From Nitrososphaeraceae archaeon (GTDB lineage Archaea > Thermoproteota > Nitrososphaeria > Nitrososphaerales > Nitrososphaeraceae): 64,000 nt of DNA. Location of the stretch: NCBI GenBank assembly GCA_044870765.1, contig JBIOZG010000012.1:96001-160000 (forward strand), in the 5' to 3' direction. The translations under genes and the position numbers were made by a program. This document shows, one piece after another, positions 12,843-22,893 of this stretch; within the stretch, counting starts at the first letter, position 1, and the number at the start of each line of letters is the position of its first letter. The notes under the pieces are model-generated. The model was given only the letters and a program-made list of their open reading frames with translations. It was not told the origin of the DNA and searched no databases.

Positions 12843-14216
12843 TTGGCTCATGACTTTTGGCAAAGTATATTCAAATATCAGAATTTAGGCTTTGATCCAA
12901 TAGGATGGATATCGAATTGCTCCAACGAAGTTGATAATTTGACACTGGATAAATCATTTGAGAAGATAAAGCACAATTCATGGGCTGACCTGTCGTGGTT
13001 TGATTCATTCCATTATAGTGGAAAAAGTCCAGACATTACACGCAGAATATACAAAGTGAATGAATCGATCACAGAAGATTTGAAAAATAAGATACTAATT
13101 TCATTAATGAGGATTCACAATGAGGTCGCCGAAGATCAGCAAAGTCTTTCCCACCTCTTAGATGATTTTTATGGAAAGAAACCTCCCAAGCATCCGTTAA
13201 GAAGACTTGTAGTGTCAACTACGTCCCAGTACGATTCACAATTTGCAGTGGTTGACTACATTGACACACATAGAGGAAATAAGTTAGGATATACTGCGAT
13301 TAATATCTCATCTGGAAAACTAATTGATCCTGATGAAGAACCAGATTCAATCGTCAATACGTCAATTGCCTTAACTTCAGCTCTTGAAAATCTCCTATTG
13401 CTTGGTTGTACTTCAGGATTTAAGATAATACCAATATATGATGCTCCCGACGAAAGCTTGCTAGACAAAATAAGATCAAACATTGACATGTTTGCGGCAA
13501 AATATGATCTATTACTTGATGATTACAGTTCACTTAAATTAGGAAAACTTTTCTTTGGGGCAACAGCTTATGCTCACTCTACCAAAGAATTGCCAGTAAG
13601 ATACGATCTGATTCAACCGGGCATGGTATTGATTTTGACAAATAAATTTGGATCCTTAACTCCGCTCAGTATTTATACAATAAATCAGATTGGTGAAATG
13701 AACTCAATCCTAGGCAAGCATCAATCAATTGATAAAAATATCAAGGATGAAATAATAAAATCTTTAACTCAACCGCGTTTTTCCTTGGGTAAGATAATTT
13801 CAAAATATTGTCCCGGTTTTGGAAAGGAATTTGATACAAATGCCAATATAGTCGGTGTATATCCGGTTGGTTCAGATGGCATTTTGGCTTTACTCAATTT
13901 GGCCAAAATTTCAAACGCACACATTATAGTAAATGAACTTCCGATAATACATGAGGAATTGGCAAAGTTTGCCACTGACGAATTCCTTGTCTCAAATTCA
14001 ACGGCATCCACCAATGGATGTCATCTTATAATTTCAAGCGAAGACCTCGCGCCGATAATTATGGAGGATTTGAAAAAACATAACTTTGAGCCGCAGATAA
14101 TTGGATTTGTAAATGATAAGGAAAAACCGATGGTTACCATTAATAATAATATAAATAAGTATGTGGCAGCGAAACACATCACGTCTCTATTCAATATTTC
14201 AACACAGATAGCTTAA
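12843..14216 (+). CDS. SelD-like / PurM (AIR synthase-related) family protein
   Basis: PurM-fold pattern (ALENLLLLG, FGATA, PGMVLILTNKFG, STNGCHLII, PQIIGFV). Lacks the canonical SelD N-terminal C-x2-K. Confidence 0.65.
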   Translation: MAHDFWQSIFKYQNLGFDPIGWISNCSNEVDNLTLDKSFEKIKHNSWADLSWFDSFHYSGKSPDITRRIYKVNESITEDLKNKILISLMRIHNEVAEDQQSLSHLLDDFYGKKPPKHPLRRLVVSTTSQYDSQFAVVDYIDTHRGNKLGYTAINISSGKLIDPDEEPDSIVNTSIALTSALENLLLLGCTSGFKIIPIYDAPDESLLDKIRSNIDMFAAKYDLLLDDYSSLKLGKLFFGATAYAHSTKELPVRYDLIQPGMVLILTNKFGSLTPLSIYTINQIGEMNSILGKHQSIDKNIKDEIIKSLTQPRFSLGKIISKYCPGFGKEFDTNANIVGVYPVGSDGILALLNLAKISNAHIIVNELPIIHEELAKFATDEFLVSNSTASTNGCHLIISSEDLAPIIMEDLKKHNFEPQIIGFVNDKEKPMVTINNNINKYVAAKHITSLFNISTQIA

Positions 14217-14274
14217 TCCACAAGCAATTAAAAAATTGGAAATATTTTATTATTTGATAAACCAATAACTATGC

Positions 14275-14736
14275 ATGAGTTCAACAATTGAGGATAACTG
14301 CATTTTCTGTAAGATTGCTCAAAAGAAAATAGATGTGAAAATAATAGACGAAAATGAAAAAGCAATTGCATTTCTTGATGCCTTTCCATTGACTTCCGGA
14401 CACACCCTGGTCATTCCAAAAAGACATTATGAAAAATTACAAGAAGTTGAATTTGATCAGGTTACGCCTTTGTTTAGTTTGGTACATAAATTAACGGCTT
14501 ACGTCGAAAGGGGAACAGATGCGCAAAGTACTCTAATAGCTATTCATAATGGTAAAGATGCAGGACAGGAAATACCACACTTACATGTGCATATTGTACC
14601 AAGAAAACATGGTGACGGAGGCGGCTCAATTCATTCCATGTTTCATTCGAGTCACAGATTAGACGACAATGAAATGAGCAAAGTGTTTGGGGACATACGA
14701 GCAGGTATTGCTGGCGAAGAGGTCAAGGGCCATTGA
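14275..14736 (+). CDS. HIT-family nucleotide hydrolase
   Basis: CIFCKI, GHTLVIPK, HLHVHIVPR histidine triad. Confidence 0.95.
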   Translation: MSSTIEDNCIFCKIAQKKIDVKIIDENEKAIAFLDAFPLTSGHTLVIPKRHYEKLQEVEFDQVTPLFSLVHKLTAYVERGTDAQSTLIAIHNGKDAGQEIPHLHVHIVPRKHGDGGGSIHSMFHSSHRLDDNEMSKVFGDIRAGIAGEEVKGH

Positions 14737-14740
14737 GCAT

Positions 14741-15433
14741 CTAGTTTTGTTTAATTGCTGAAATTGTGTCCGGAAGTTCAGACAATTTATTCAAAGTGAG
14801 TGTAGGTAGCTCATTTTGATTTCTAGGAACTTGTATATTGAATGGAGAGTGAGATAACAGAATGGTAATAATTTCCAACTTATTTGCCATCTTTATATGA
14901 GTATCTAATCTATCTCCAATTAATATGGCTTCTTTTGAATTAATTTTTAACATGTTTAGAATCAATTTAAAAGTTTTCTTATTGGGATCTCTTGCCATGT
15001 CAGGCAAAATACAACAATCAAAGTACTTGTCCAGATTATAAAATTTCAAAGTTCTTGATATTTTGTTGTCTTGGTTATCAATTAAGAGTAACCTAAAAGT
15101 TTTGGACAGAATTTCTAACGTCGTTTTTGCATCGTCGAAAGGATACAGAAAATGTTTCTGTGCAAATTCTATCGATGGTAGAATATATTTTAGAACAATC
15201 TTTTCGTATCCTACAGGCATCAATGCCTTACTTATTTGTACAACTAATTCCTCAATGCCACCTATTTGCAATTTCCGGTTCCTTATGATATCATTCTTGA
15301 TGGTACAATAATTACGGATATCAATTCTAGATCCTAACTGATTTAATAGGTAGAGTAATCTAGAATCAATGAATGAATAGAAATTTTCTTCATCCATTAA
15401 TGTTCTTCCAACTAGGAAAATAGAATTTATCAC
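14741..15433 (-). CDS. HAD-superfamily protein with degenerate catalytic motifs
   Basis: HAD-like layout (IFLVGRTLMD, LIGDRLDTHI), but catalytic Asp and Lys are absent. Confidence 0.7.
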   Translation of the reverse strand: MINSIFLVGRTLMDEENFYSFIDSRLLYLLNQLGSRIDIRNYCTIKNDIIRNRKLQIGGIEELVVQISKALMPVGYEKIVLKYILPSIEFAQKHFLYPFDDAKTTLEILSKTFRLLLIDNQDNKISRTLKFYNLDKYFDCCILPDMARDPNKKTFKLILNMLKINSKEAILIGDRLDTHIKMANKLEIITILLSHSPFNIQVPRNQNELPTLTLNKLSELPDTISAIKQN

Positions 15434-15529
15434 TAATATTCACTATTACTATTTGATATTGATGTTAAAGATGTATTGACATTGAAAATGAAGTTCTTAT
15501 TATGGTAATAATACAAGATCGTTTTAGAT

Positions 15530-15985
15530 CTAAGATCCTTTTTTCTTGATTTCAACATAAGATTCTCTAAGCAGGAGAAAAGTAAGTGAAAAAATTGTTA
15601 CTCCAATCGAGAGATGTATTGCAACTATATAAGGATTCAATTTGGTCGATACTACTAAAAATCCCATGACTATCTGTACACTGAGTAATGACGTAAGAAT
15701 TGCAACTATCAGTCTATTTAATTTCCATTTGCTTTTTCTAATAAAAATTAAAGTAATACCTGTAAAAATAGCAGCAATAATAGCCACAAGCCTATGAAAA
15801 TGCTCATAGAAAAATTTATCCTGGGGGTATGCAAACCCATTCGGACACAGGGGCCAATCTGGACACGCAATTCCCTTGTTTAAAGACGAGATATATACAC
15901 CAATTAGCATTGTCGTATAAATTAACCCCATTGATACAAATGGCAAAACTAGGTTCAGAAATTGGCTATTTTTCATATCTGCCAA
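15530..15985 (-). CDS. ctaA: Heme A synthase, single-domain CtaA/COX15 type
   Basis: GIACPDWPLCPNG, EHFHRL, VAIHL, 4 TM helices. Confidence 0.88.
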   Translation of the reverse strand: MADMKNSQFLNLVLPFVSMGLIYTTMLIGVYISSLNKGIACPDWPLCPNGFAYPQDKFFYEHFHRLVAIIAAIFTGITLIFIRKSKWKLNRLIVAILTSLLSVQIVMGFLVVSTKLNPYIVAIHLSIGVTIFSLTFLLLRESYVEIKKKGS

Positions 15986-16073
15986 CTATTTTCTATTAAT
16001 TCCGGTTTACTAAATCTTAGGACTTGATGTGGGAGTAAACAACTAAATTCATTTAAAGTCAAGTAAAATAAAC

Positions 16074-16283
16074 TCATAATAATTCTTCGTCAATTTTTTC
16101 AATTTTGTCAACATAGCTGGTACAATTACATCCCATTATCAAACACTTTCCTACTTCGAATAAGGAGTTTAGTTTGTCTTTGTTCTTTTCTAATTCATGA
16201 GCCACATAAACATGACCGCAGTAAAGGCAATTCACAAATATCGAAATCCAAGTGTCTATTATTAACTTTGTCAGCGATACCAT
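16074..16283 (-). CDS. Small Cys/His-rich metal-binding hypothetical protein
   Basis: CLYCGH..AH and C-x3-GCNC. Real start probably at the internal GTG (VNCLYC). Confidence 0.6.
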   Translation of the reverse strand: MVSLTKLIIDTWISIFVNCLYCGHVYVAHELEKNKDKLNSLFEVGKCLIMGCNCTSYVDKIEKIDEELL

Positions 16284-16371
16284 AAAGAGCCGTGATAATT
16301 ATGGAATGTTTTTGTCAGTTCCATTTTTATATAATACGTCAATATTCAAATCACGAATATAGCGATACATA

Positions 16372-17142
16372 ATGAACATTAATGAATTCTTATCAACTCT
16401 GCCAAACTCGGTTATTGCAGGAAACAATGTCAGCTTACCAGATAATGTTATTAAAAGAATGCTAAGACTTGCGAGCCTAAACAAAAATGATGTTTTTTAT
16501 GATCTTGGTTGTGGAAATAGTAATGCTGTCTACATTGCCTCCACTCACTACAAAGTGAAAAAGGCAATAGGTATCGAAAAGAGAAAAAAATCAGTAATTG
16601 AACTAATTAAGAAAACTCGAGATTTAGGAAACGTTAAAGTCATGGTCGATGACATAAGAAGAGTGGATATCTCTGACGGTAATGTGTTCCTTTTTTGGTT
16701 TCACAATGATACTGTCATAAAAAAGATGATACAAAAATTTTCTACAGAGTTAAAAAAAGGCAGCAGAATAATTTCGATTTGGTCCCCCCCAGATATGATT
16801 TTACCGGACAAAGTTGATTTCCCATTTTTTGTATCTCGTACACCATTCAGGTTCGCAAATAGTATAGAAGAACAAATCAAGGCAATCTACGGTCAAAAAT
16901 GTCTCGATTTTACCGCAGCATGGTTGTTGGGAGATAAATACCTGGAAAGTTTGGAAGTTGTTCCAGCTCGGTATAAACGATTTCTGAATATCCTATATTC
17001 GATGATAATCTGGATAAATGCTTGGAATATGAAAGTATCATGTGAAGATGAGATTCCACCTCCTGTCGATTCGTATTTAGGAATACTTCGTACATTTTTC
17101 AGCCTAGACTTGAGTTCATTAATTCAAAATAAAGATAAGTGA
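16372..17142 (+). CDS. Class I SAM-dependent methyltransferase (DOT1-like N-terminal domain)
   Basis: DVFYDLGCG, AIGIE, ELKKGSRIIS. Confidence 0.85.
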   Translation: MNINEFLSTLPNSVIAGNNVSLPDNVIKRMLRLASLNKNDVFYDLGCGNSNAVYIASTHYKVKKAIGIEKRKKSVIELIKKTRDLGNVKVMVDDIRRVDISDGNVFLFWFHNDTVIKKMIQKFSTELKKGSRIISIWSPPDMILPDKVDFPFFVSRTPFRFANSIEEQIKAIYGQKCLDFTAAWLLGDKYLESLEVVPARYKRFLNILYSMIIWINAWNMKVSCEDEIPPPVDSYLGILRTFFSLDLSSLIQNKDK

Positions 17143-17197
17143 TAACTGAAGACACGTTATGCAGTCATTTATTATGTAGTCATTTTTTAATATTTCG

Positions 17198-18163
17198 TTA
17201 CCTGCCAACCCAACCCAATCTTTTGAAATACCAAACCATTACCAGTGAAGGGATTATTGCAATCAAAAGTAAAATTATGAATGAAGTATATGGACCAAGA
17301 AAAACTGGACTTCCTGTGATAAGACCGCCTGGAAGATTAACATTCATACCATAGTAAGCCCCAACTACTGTTGCAGGTATGGAAAGTGTGAATAGGATAG
17401 TAAGAGTTGCTAAAATCTTGTTTGATTTTTCCGTACTTAACATGAAATCTGTATCTTTGAAAATTTCTATAGTTTCTTTTGATTCCTCAAGAACTTCAAG
17501 AACCTTTTCGGTATGATCCTTAACATCATCATAATAATCGGTCAAATCTTCCTCCGAAAATCTTTGCATCTCTTTGCTCAACTCCAATATTACTCTTCTT
17601 AAGGGAACAACTACTCTTCGGAGAGTCGTTATCTCTCTTCGCAATAAAGAAATATCTTTTGCTACTGCGACTTTCTCATCAAATACGAGATCCTCAATAT
17701 CATCCAGATTTCCTTCGAGCTTCATTAATACATGTAATAGATCATCGACCATAAGATCTATAATGCTATGTAATAGATACCCTGATGAAGAACCCATGAA
17801 GGTTTCCTTCTGCCTTTCATTTTCCTTGCAAAGGTTGAACATTTCAGTGATTGGTTTTAGTTCGCCTTGCTGTACGGTAATGAGATAGTTAGGTCCCGCA
17901 AAGATTGCAAGCTGAGTTGAACGTGGAATACTCTTATCCTTATCCACAGTCGGGAAGTGTAAAATTACAAAAATTTGATCCTGATACCTGTCTATTTTTG
18001 GTATTTGTATTTTCGAAAGACAATCCTCAATATTTAGTTCGTGGAAAGGGTATTTACCTTCCAGCATTTTTAATTTTTTTCTAGTGGGTTTTTGAATATC
18101 TATCCATACCAGACTCTTATTAGTAATTGATTCAAGTTGACTAGAATATTCAATATTGGTCAT
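17198..18163 (-). CDS. corA: CorA-family Mg2+/Co2+ transporter
   Basis: WIDI, C-terminal YGMN signature between two TM helices. Confidence 0.93.
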   Translation of the reverse strand: MTNIEYSSQLESITNKSLVWIDIQKPTRKKLKMLEGKYPFHELNIEDCLSKIQIPKIDRYQDQIFVILHFPTVDKDKSIPRSTQLAIFAGPNYLITVQQGELKPITEMFNLCKENERQKETFMGSSSGYLLHSIIDLMVDDLLHVLMKLEGNLDDIEDLVFDEKVAVAKDISLLRREITTLRRVVVPLRRVILELSKEMQRFSEEDLTDYYDDVKDHTEKVLEVLEESKETIEIFKDTDFMLSTEKSNKILATLTILFTLSIPATVVGAYYGMNVNLPGGLITGSPVFLGPYTSFIILLLIAIIPSLVMVWYFKRLGWVGR

Positions 18164-18276
18164 CTGGCCTCATTCTTGGTTAACTTTAAAGTTGAAATAT
18201 TGTATATTAAGATATCTGATTAATTTCGCGATTTCGACAAATTAGGTTAAAATAATGCATGATAATGCATGTTTAT

Positions 18277-18585
18277 ATGGCAAAAGTAGTTGTCGGAAAA
18301 ACTGAAGATATTCAAGAAGGAAAATTGGAGCATATAACGGCTGGTGGAAAAGAAATAATGGTAACGAAATTGGATGGAAATTATTACGCAATTGATAATA
18401 TTTGTACTCACGCAGGAGCAGAACTTCATGAAGGTGAATTAAAAAACAATGAATTAACGTGTCCGTGGCATGGAGCAAAATGGGATGTCAAGACTGGAGC
18501 ATTAATCTCATTTCCACAAAAATTAAAACCACTACAAAGTCACAAAGTCTTGGTAGAAAATGATACCTTGTATGTTGAAACATAA
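18277..18585 (+). CDS. Rieske [2Fe-2S] ferredoxin
   Basis: CTHAG and CPWHG motifs. Likely start at ATG GCA AAA (MAKVVVG). Confidence 0.92.
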   Translation: MAKVVVGKTEDIQEGKLEHITAGGKEIMVTKLDGNYYAIDNICTHAGAELHEGELKNNELTCPWHGAKWDVKTGALISFPQKLKPLQSHKVLVENDTLYVET

Positions 18586-19075
18586 ACTTCAACAGTAGAA
18601 GTAGCAAGTTACTATTATTTTTTAGCGAATTAACTAATGTGTAAGTAACAAAATTGATTGATCCTTTACTAAATTGGAATACAGTAGTATTTTTAAATTA
18701 GTGATTTTTAACAGATTCAATTTATCGTATTTTTCATAATTGTTCCGTTTTGAAGAACATTATTAATTTGCCATCAGACAATCTTTTTTCGAACACTGAA
18801 AGCTGTAATTTGATGAAATTCTAAATAATTGTACGACGAGTACTGATTTTAACCAAATTTACCAAATTTACGGAACTTACAAACGCACAATTTCTAAAGA
18901 AAGTTTAATGACCATAGTAGGCAATCTACACATATGGTGACTTTTACCTCGTATTTCCAAATATTCTTACCGGTTCGATGTAGCGCTTGTCAATTTAGTT
19001 TGATTATAATATTTGCAGATAAAATTATTGATTTATATAGAATTGCAATAAATATGGCATAACTGAATTAAAGAT

Positions 19076-20266
19076 ATGAAGCTTGATGTCCCGAGATTCA
19101 CAGAAAGATTCGGATCAGTAAGTCTACATGGAGTGCAACGTGTATACGAACTGGATTCTGGACACAAGAACAAGCATCCAAAGACCGAATCTGAAGTAAT
19201 TCGCTCTATTGATGATGAAATAATATCTAAAATTGAATCTGAAATGGCGATTGTCATTCCTATAAAAGGAGAACGTTTAAAGCTCTTAGAAGGAGTACTA
19301 AGCGGCATCCCCCATGATTGCTTAACAATAATTGTATCTAATAGTCCTAGAGAACCGATTGACAGGTACAAACTAGAAAAACAGGCAATTGAGCAATTTA
19401 ATAGATTCGCGGAAAAAAAATCAGTTATCATACATCAGAAAGATACGGGTCTTGTAAAGGCTTTAGAAGAAGTCGGCTATACTGATCTTTTTGACTCCGA
19501 AAATAAGATACGTAACGGAAAAGGAGAGGGGATGTTTATTGGCATGCTCCTTTCAAAAATGATGGGAAAAAAATACGTTGGATTCGTAGATTCTGACAAC
19601 TATGTCCCTGGTGCGGTCAACGAATATACAAAAATATTTTCTTCTGGTATTGCGTTATCAACCACACCATACACAATGGTTCGTGTATCTTGGATATACA
19701 AGCCAAAGATTTCGGAGTCTGGTGTACGATTTTCCAAGCTTGGACGAGTTTCTGAAATGACGAATCAATTTCTAAATTTCATGATATCGTATTACACTGG
19801 TTTTGAAACAGAAGTTATTAGAACAGGAAATTCTGGAGAACATTGCATGTCTATTCAACTAGCAGAGCTATTGACTTACTCGTCCGGTTTTTCGATAGAA
19901 CCTTATGAAATAGTTAATTTATTGGAACAATTTGGTGGAATAACGCCTCCTGAACATAAGGATACCATGGAGAAAGGAGTAGAGGTTATGCAAATCGAAA
20001 CACGCAATCCACATTTTCATGAAGAAAAGGGGGACCTGCATATAAAAGAGATGTTCTTACAAGGGTGGGGCAGTATTTTTCATAGCAAGTTATGTCATCC
20101 AGAGCTTCGTGAAAAATTAAAGGCTGAGTTAATTTCAAGAGGAATATTAGAGAAAGTAAAAGAACCTCCACAATTACATAAAATGAGACCGTTCAAGGAT
20201 ATGGACATTCTGAAATTCGAAAAAATTTTGAAGGAACAATCCAATTCTCTTACAATTTTTGAATAA
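19076..20266 (+). CDS. mpgS: Mannosyl-3-phosphoglycerate synthase (GT55)
   Basis: ERFGSV, GVLSGIPHDC, RNGKGEGM, GFVDSDNYVPG, TGNSGEH, QIETRNPHFHEEKG. Confidence 0.93.
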   Translation: MKLDVPRFTERFGSVSLHGVQRVYELDSGHKNKHPKTESEVIRSIDDEIISKIESEMAIVIPIKGERLKLLEGVLSGIPHDCLTIIVSNSPREPIDRYKLEKQAIEQFNRFAEKKSVIIHQKDTGLVKALEEVGYTDLFDSENKIRNGKGEGMFIGMLLSKMMGKKYVGFVDSDNYVPGAVNEYTKIFSSGIALSTTPYTMVRVSWIYKPKISESGVRFSKLGRVSEMTNQFLNFMISYYTGFETEVIRTGNSGEHCMSIQLAELLTYSSGFSIEPYEIVNLLEQFGGITPPEHKDTMEKGVEVMQIETRNPHFHEEKGDLHIKEMFLQGWGSIFHSKLCHPELREKLKAELISRGILEKVKEPPQLHKMRPFKDMDILKFEKILKEQSNSLTIFE

Positions 20267-20324
20267 TTTTTGCCGATGATTTTTCCAGTGTTTTGACGAG
20301 AACATTTCCGTAAACTAGCAAAGT

Positions 20325-21158
20325 CTATTTGTTACCAATGATATCGCACGCTTCCTTGTTTACTATTTTACGTATTATCAAGAGCGGAGTCCCTAACAAA
20401 ATCGGAATGCTTATTGCTATGAATAAACTTTGAAAAGGTGCTAATCCAGAGATAGCGGCACTTGTACCGAACCCTATTAGGAATGAAAATAGACTACCTG
20501 CACAAGTAGGACAACCGATGAATAATCCACTGAATATGCCAAAAGTCGAAACGGCTGAGAATTTTCTTTGAGCCTGATACCTAAACATCCTAAGAAAGTG
20601 TAAATTTAGTGCAAAATTAAAGCCAACCATTGACGATACAGATATTGCGAGTATCAGATTCAGAGGGATTATCAATATCGAAAATGAGTCACTCAGCAAT
20701 AATGTTATCATCGGAACATAGCCAGGATAATTACAACAAACTGTGATAGAAATAGATGGAACAACATCACCTTCAATATCTTCATGATAGATGAGAATTT
20801 GAGACAAGAAACCAAAGAAAATCCCGTAAACAACAGAAGAAATAACAAAAATTCTCCAGTAAGTCTTGTCTGTCAAAATCCTAGAAATGTATGCAAGATA
20901 GCTCTTATTTGATTCGGACTTTATGGATTCAGAATGAAGTGCCAAATGTAATCCATAACCAATGGCAATTAACGAAACCAATATCAAGAAAATATCGGCG
21001 ATAGCCAAGTTGTATAGTCTTGAAACGTCCGCTGACGATTGATTTGAACTTAATAATGAGTATATTGAGATAGCGAAAATTATTGAAAATACGCCGATTG
21101 TAATAATTCGAAAGCCTCTATTGTGAAGCAACTGGTAATTATCGAGCATGGCAAACAA
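20325..21158 (-). CDS. Multi-pass membrane protein with CC and CxxC motifs
   Basis: About 6 TM helices, VCCNYPG and GCPTCAG. Confidence 0.75.
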   Translation of the reverse strand: MFAMLDNYQLLHNRGFRIITIGVFSIIFAISIYSLLSSNQSSADVSRLYNLAIADIFLILVSLIAIGYGLHLALHSESIKSESNKSYLAYISRILTDKTYWRIFVISSVVYGIFFGFLSQILIYHEDIEGDVVPSISITVCCNYPGYVPMITLLLSDSFSILIIPLNLILAISVSSMVGFNFALNLHFLRMFRYQAQRKFSAVSTFGIFSGLFIGCPTCAGSLFSFLIGFGTSAAISGLAPFQSLFIAISIPILLGTPLLIIRKIVNKEACDIIGNK

Positions 21159-21265
21159 CCAAGTGTAAATTAAGTTATCAAAAGGAATCCAATCTATATT
21201 AAGTTAATTCAAACCAAGATTAGGTTTTGGATAAAGTCTAAATTTACCGCCGTATAAAAAAAGAC

Positions 21266-21691
21266 ATGGACGAAACTTTCACAAGTGATGGTTTTATTAC
21301 AGCGTCGATAAGCTTTGTTGGTTTCGTTGATAAACTCGGCCTTGAAGGACTTTTGACTTTGAAATCAGATGATGGAAGAGAATTTCCAATACGTGCGTTT
21401 TCAGGAGAAGTCGCAAGGCATATTCTAAGATTTAAAGAAGGAGACAAGAGTACTATACCCACAATCTATAACCTTATTGAAGATATATCATCCCTTCAGG
21501 ATCTATTACTGATAGAGATAAGAATATACAGAAACGGTCCTGTTTTAAGATCTAATCTTTATTTCAAAACTCGTAAGGAGGTAATCACATTAAGAAATTA
21601 CCGTGCGTCAGATTCTATAGCATTAGCTGCATTTTTTGATGTACCAATAAAAGTAAGAAAAAATCTGTTTGAAGAAACTATCGAACAGTAA
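21266..21691 (+). CDS. Bifunctional nuclease-like (DUF151) protein
   Basis: GREFPI, RASDSIALA...PIKV signature. Confidence 0.75.
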   Translation: MDETFTSDGFITASISFVGFVDKLGLEGLLTLKSDDGREFPIRAFSGEVARHILRFKEGDKSTIPTIYNLIEDISSLQDLLLIEIRIYRNGPVLRSNLYFKTRKEVITLRNYRASDSIALAAFFDVPIKVRKNLFEETIEQ

Positions 21692-21700
21692 ATTGCTAAA

Positions 21701-22798
21701 TTAAGTAACTATTCTTGACAGCATGTTAGAGGCTAATGCCTCTTTAACTTCCATCGCGATCCTGCGGCCAATGCCAAATGTGTAGCCATGAGAATATTTG
21801 GTATAGGGCGATGTAGTTGCCATGATTGGGTTTCCAGGAACTCTGAGAGACACATCATATACGACTATCTCTAGTTCTGGTGTGACAATACTCTGTAAGG
21901 AAAAAGGTCCAATAATTCCGGGAGGATATTCCTTTCTCACAGCGGCTGTAAATTTATCGCCAAGCTCAAAGACCTTTTCTAGCATAGATTCCCTTATACT
22001 TGCAGGAGTATGGCCTATTTCAATATGTTTTACTTCTGTATCAAATTCCAATTGTTGCCTTGCAGGTATAGCATTCAGATCATTAAGATTAGTCTGAAGC
22101 CTTCTCTCAATGCCTAAGAATTCGGTTTCGGGAGTCAAGGGGGAGGAGAAAAAATTAAAATTAAAATATGTTCCAAGGACAAACTCTTCTATTACAGAAT
22201 TTTCGAGATCTTCGCTAGTGATAATTTTTTCACTTTTTTTCTTTTGAGATTTTGCCCTGTAGTCTTGAATTGAACTGACTATGAAAAAGGCCCTTTCCAG
22301 CTTTCTCGTGGATTCTTGAATTTTTACAATGGCGAGTTTGTCAATTTCGGTGTAATTTTTATAAATCTTTGGGTGAGCTATTTGAGCTTGTTCCAATAAC
22401 AAGTACTGATTCTTAACATAATTTCTTTCTTCTGCGCGAAATAATAGTCTATTTCCAAGTATTGGCAACAATAGATCGTTTTCAATTGAGTCATAACCAA
22501 GATAGGCTGTGAACGCCCTATGTGGTACTATAATACTATTCAATTCCCTGAGTTTATCTTGATTTTCTTTGAAAACCATGTCCGAAAATTTATCTACCAA
22601 AATTATTTTGTCTGCTAACCTCTTGAATCTCACATATGGTAATTCCCTTCCTTTCTGACAAATGCAAACCGTTCTCAATCCTTCGTCCTTTGCACCATCC
22701 ATTATTTCTAGTGCAGAATGACTACCGATTACTGCCATGTGTATATTCTTCAGATCATACTTCTCTATAACGTCAGATATCGCATCAGGATGAATCAT
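21701..22798 (-). CDS. purP: PurP-family formate-dependent FAICAR synthetase (ATP-grasp)
   Basis: GSHSALEIMDGAKDEG, IVPHRAF, GHTPASIRES, PGIIGPFSLQ, GRRIAME. Confidence 0.9.
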   Translation of the reverse strand: MIHPDAISDVIEKYDLKNIHMAVIGSHSALEIMDGAKDEGLRTVCICQKGRELPYVRFKRLADKIILVDKFSDMVFKENQDKLRELNSIIVPHRAFTAYLGYDSIENDLLLPILGNRLLFRAEERNYVKNQYLLLEQAQIAHPKIYKNYTEIDKLAIVKIQESTRKLERAFFIVSSIQDYRAKSQKKKSEKIITSEDLENSVIEEFVLGTYFNFNFFSSPLTPETEFLGIERRLQTNLNDLNAIPARQQLEFDTEVKHIEIGHTPASIRESMLEKVFELGDKFTAAVRKEYPPGIIGPFSLQSIVTPELEIVVYDVSLRVPGNPIMATTSPYTKYSHGYTFGIGRRIAMEVKEALASNMLSRIVT

Positions 22799-22893
22799 GT
22801 TTATGCAAGCAGAAGATTATGTTATAATTAAAATTTTCCAACAAAAGTCAACTAATATTTAATCACTTATTATTGAATGGCGTAAGGCGAGGA

